From a virus: DNA of 5,895 bases. Position 1 is the stretch's first letter; every line of letters begins with the position of its first letter. The stretch covers positions 1 through 5,895 of IMG/VR virus record IMGVR_UViG_3300045988_011408; one strand, 5' to 3'. Shown in pieces: positions 4,374-5,895 of the stretch. The notes under the pieces are model-generated. The model was not told where the DNA came from and ran no database searches. It saw only the letters and a program-made list of their open reading frames with translations. Position numbers and translations under genes: made by a program.

Positions 4374-5895
4374 TGAACGACACTTCAACCAAGTACCGGA
4401 AACGCACGTCAGCCGAACACGATTCAATCGAGACCAGAACATTCTCACGACTTTCGATGCAGGTAAACTGATTCCGTTCTATGTAGACGAAGTATTGCCC
4501 GGCGATACATTCAGCGTGGACACGGCGGCAATTATCCGAATGACAACGCCGAAATATCCTGTTTTCGATGATGCATTCATCGATTTCTACTATTTCTTCT
4601 GTCCGAACAGAATCCTTTGGGATAACTTCAAAAGCTTCATGGGAGAAGTTGAAAGCACACCATGGATGCCAACAAGAACATACACAGTACCAAAAATTAT
4701 CATAAATGGAAACTCAGAGAACAATGATAAAAAAGGGCCGAAAGAAGAAAGTATCCTCGACTACATGGGCGTGCCGACCAAAATCAAAGGAAAAGTAGAA
4801 ATCAACGCACTACCTATCAGAGCATACGTTAAAATCTGGAATGAATTTTTCAGAGACCAAAACGTAGGCAACCAAGCATCAATAATCACAAATGATGAAG
4901 ACGTCGAATACTATGAAAAGGAACAGGAAAATGAAGAAGAAATTCTTGGAGGAGCAAGAGTTGGAGGAAAATGTCTACCGGTTAGCCGCTTCCACGATTA
5001 CTTCTCAAGCTGTCTGCCGTATCCTCAGAGAGGGCCGGAAGTCACGATCGCACTAACAGGAAACGCTCCTATTAAAATGTTCGATGACAACGGAATCAAC
5101 GGGCCGACAAATCCAACAACAATCTGGATGAGTGGAGCCGCATCAAGTCTGGGACAGAACGATAAAAACGAAACAATCGTAGCACTAGGCTCAACAGAGC
5201 AGACGGGTGGAACATCCGTTGCAAGATACATTGCAACAGACCTGAGCAACATCGAAGCCGCAACCATCAACCAGTTGAGACAGGCTTTTGCAGTTCAGCA
5301 CTATTACGAAGCGCTGGCACGGGGCGGCAGTCGTTACCGTGAACAGGTAAGAGCAATTTTTGGTGTAAGCATTAGCGACAAAACCGTGCAGGTGCCGGAG
5401 TATCTGGGGGGTGGACGCTATCATGTCAACATTAACCAAATCGTTCAGACTTCTGGACAGCAGACCGAAAACGATACGCCTATCGGCGAAACCGGTGCAA
5501 TGTCTGTAACGCCTATCAACGAAAGTTCTTTCACCAAGAGCTTTGAAGAACACGGTTTCATAATCGGTGTTATGTGCGTACGCCACAATCATAGCTATCA
5601 GCAGGGCTTAGAGAGATTCTGGAGCCGCAGAGACAGACTGGACTACTATTTCCCGCAGTTTGCAAATCTGGGCGAACAGCCTGTCAAGAAAAAGGAAATC
5701 ATGCTCACCGGAACAGAAACAGATGAAGAGACCTTCGGATACCAGGAAGCATGGGCCGATTATCGCATGAAGCCTAACCGCGTGAGCGGTAAAATGCGGA
5801 GCAATGCAGAAGGCACGCTAGACTTCTGGCACTATGCGGACAACTACAACAACGTACCGACACTAAGTCAAGAGTGGATGAATGAAGGCAAAAAC
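4360..5895 (+). CDS. VP1: Major capsid protein VP1 (phiX F-like jelly-roll capsid), N-terminal 512 codons. The ORF has no stop in the window and continues across the circular junction into 100..219
   Basis: ATG at 4360 sits 6 nt after AGGAGG (4348..4353). The translation MNRNNERHFNQVPETHVSRTRFNRDQNILTTFDAGKLIPFYVDEVLPGDTFSVDTAAIIRMTTP... matches the conserved gokushovirus VP1 N-terminus (F.QVP..., TTFDAG.LIP, DEVLPGDTFS). Downstream blocks also match the family (FWSRRD.LDYYFPQFANLG, YQEAWADYRMKPNRVSG). The frame stays open to the window end, and 5797..5895 equals 1..99. Confidence 0.9.
   Translation, partial: MNRNNERHFNQVPETHVSRTRFNRDQNILTTFDAGKLIPFYVDEVLPGDTFSVDTAAIIRMTTPKYPVFDDAFIDFYYFFCPNRILWDNFKSFMGEVESTPWMPTRTYTVPKIIINGNSENNDKKGPKEESILDYMGVPTKIKGKVEINALPIRAYVKIWNEFFRDQNVGNQASIITNDEDVEYYEKEQENEEEILGGARVGGKCLPVSRFHDYFSSCLPYPQRGPEVTIALTGNAPIKMFDDNGINGPTNPTTIWMSGAASSLGQNDKNETIVALGSTEQTGGTSVARYIATDLSNIEAATINQLRQAFAVQHYYEALARGGSRYREQVRAIFGVSISDKTVQVPEYLGGGRYHVNINQIVQTSGQQTENDTPIGETGAMSVTPINESSFTKSFEEHGFIIGVMCVRHNHSYQQGLERFWSRRDRLDYYFPQFANLGEQPVKKKEIMLTGTETDEETFGYQEAWADYRMKPNRVSGKMRSNAEGTLDFWHYADNYNNVPTLSQEWMNEGKN
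5797..5895. repeat. Second copy of the 99-bp terminal redundancy (same DNA as 1..99)
   Basis: Identical to 1..99. Circular permutation or assembly overlap, not a biological repeat. Confidence 0.92.

Overview
The window is a complete circular Microviridae genome of the gokushovirus type, linearised with a 99-bp terminal overlap. Bases 1..99 are identical to 5797..5895, so the unit length is 5796 bp. All credible genes lie on the + strand, which is A-rich and T-poor. The major capsid protein VP1 runs from 4360 through the circular junction to a TAA at 217..219 (551 aa). It is followed by the DNA-pilot/minor capsid protein VP2 (242..1087) and the HUH rolling-circle replication initiator VP4 (1084..2103), joined by an ATGA overlap. 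A non-coding region of about 490 bp (2104..2591) follows. It holds a terminator hairpin, two perfectly alternating purine-pyrimidine GC tracts with a 14-bp perfect palindrome, and an array of at least ten direct TGTTGAAA repeats. It also holds a GC-rich inverted-repeat island and a near-consensus sigma70-type promoter with an A-tract UP element and an extended -10. That promoter drives a cassette of a 62-aa unknown protein, a Peptidase M15A (zinc D-Ala-D-Ala carboxypeptidase-fold) protein that is the obvious lysis candidate, and a translationally coupled 34-aa coiled-coil peptide. Further downstream are an 80-aa ORF that has only a TTG start, a candidate 33-aa highly basic J/ORF8-like DNA-binding peptide, an 80-aa unknown protein, and a VP3-like internal scaffolding protein whose end overlaps the VP1 start. 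Minus-strand ORFs in the track are rejected as frame artefacts of the T-rich complementary strand.
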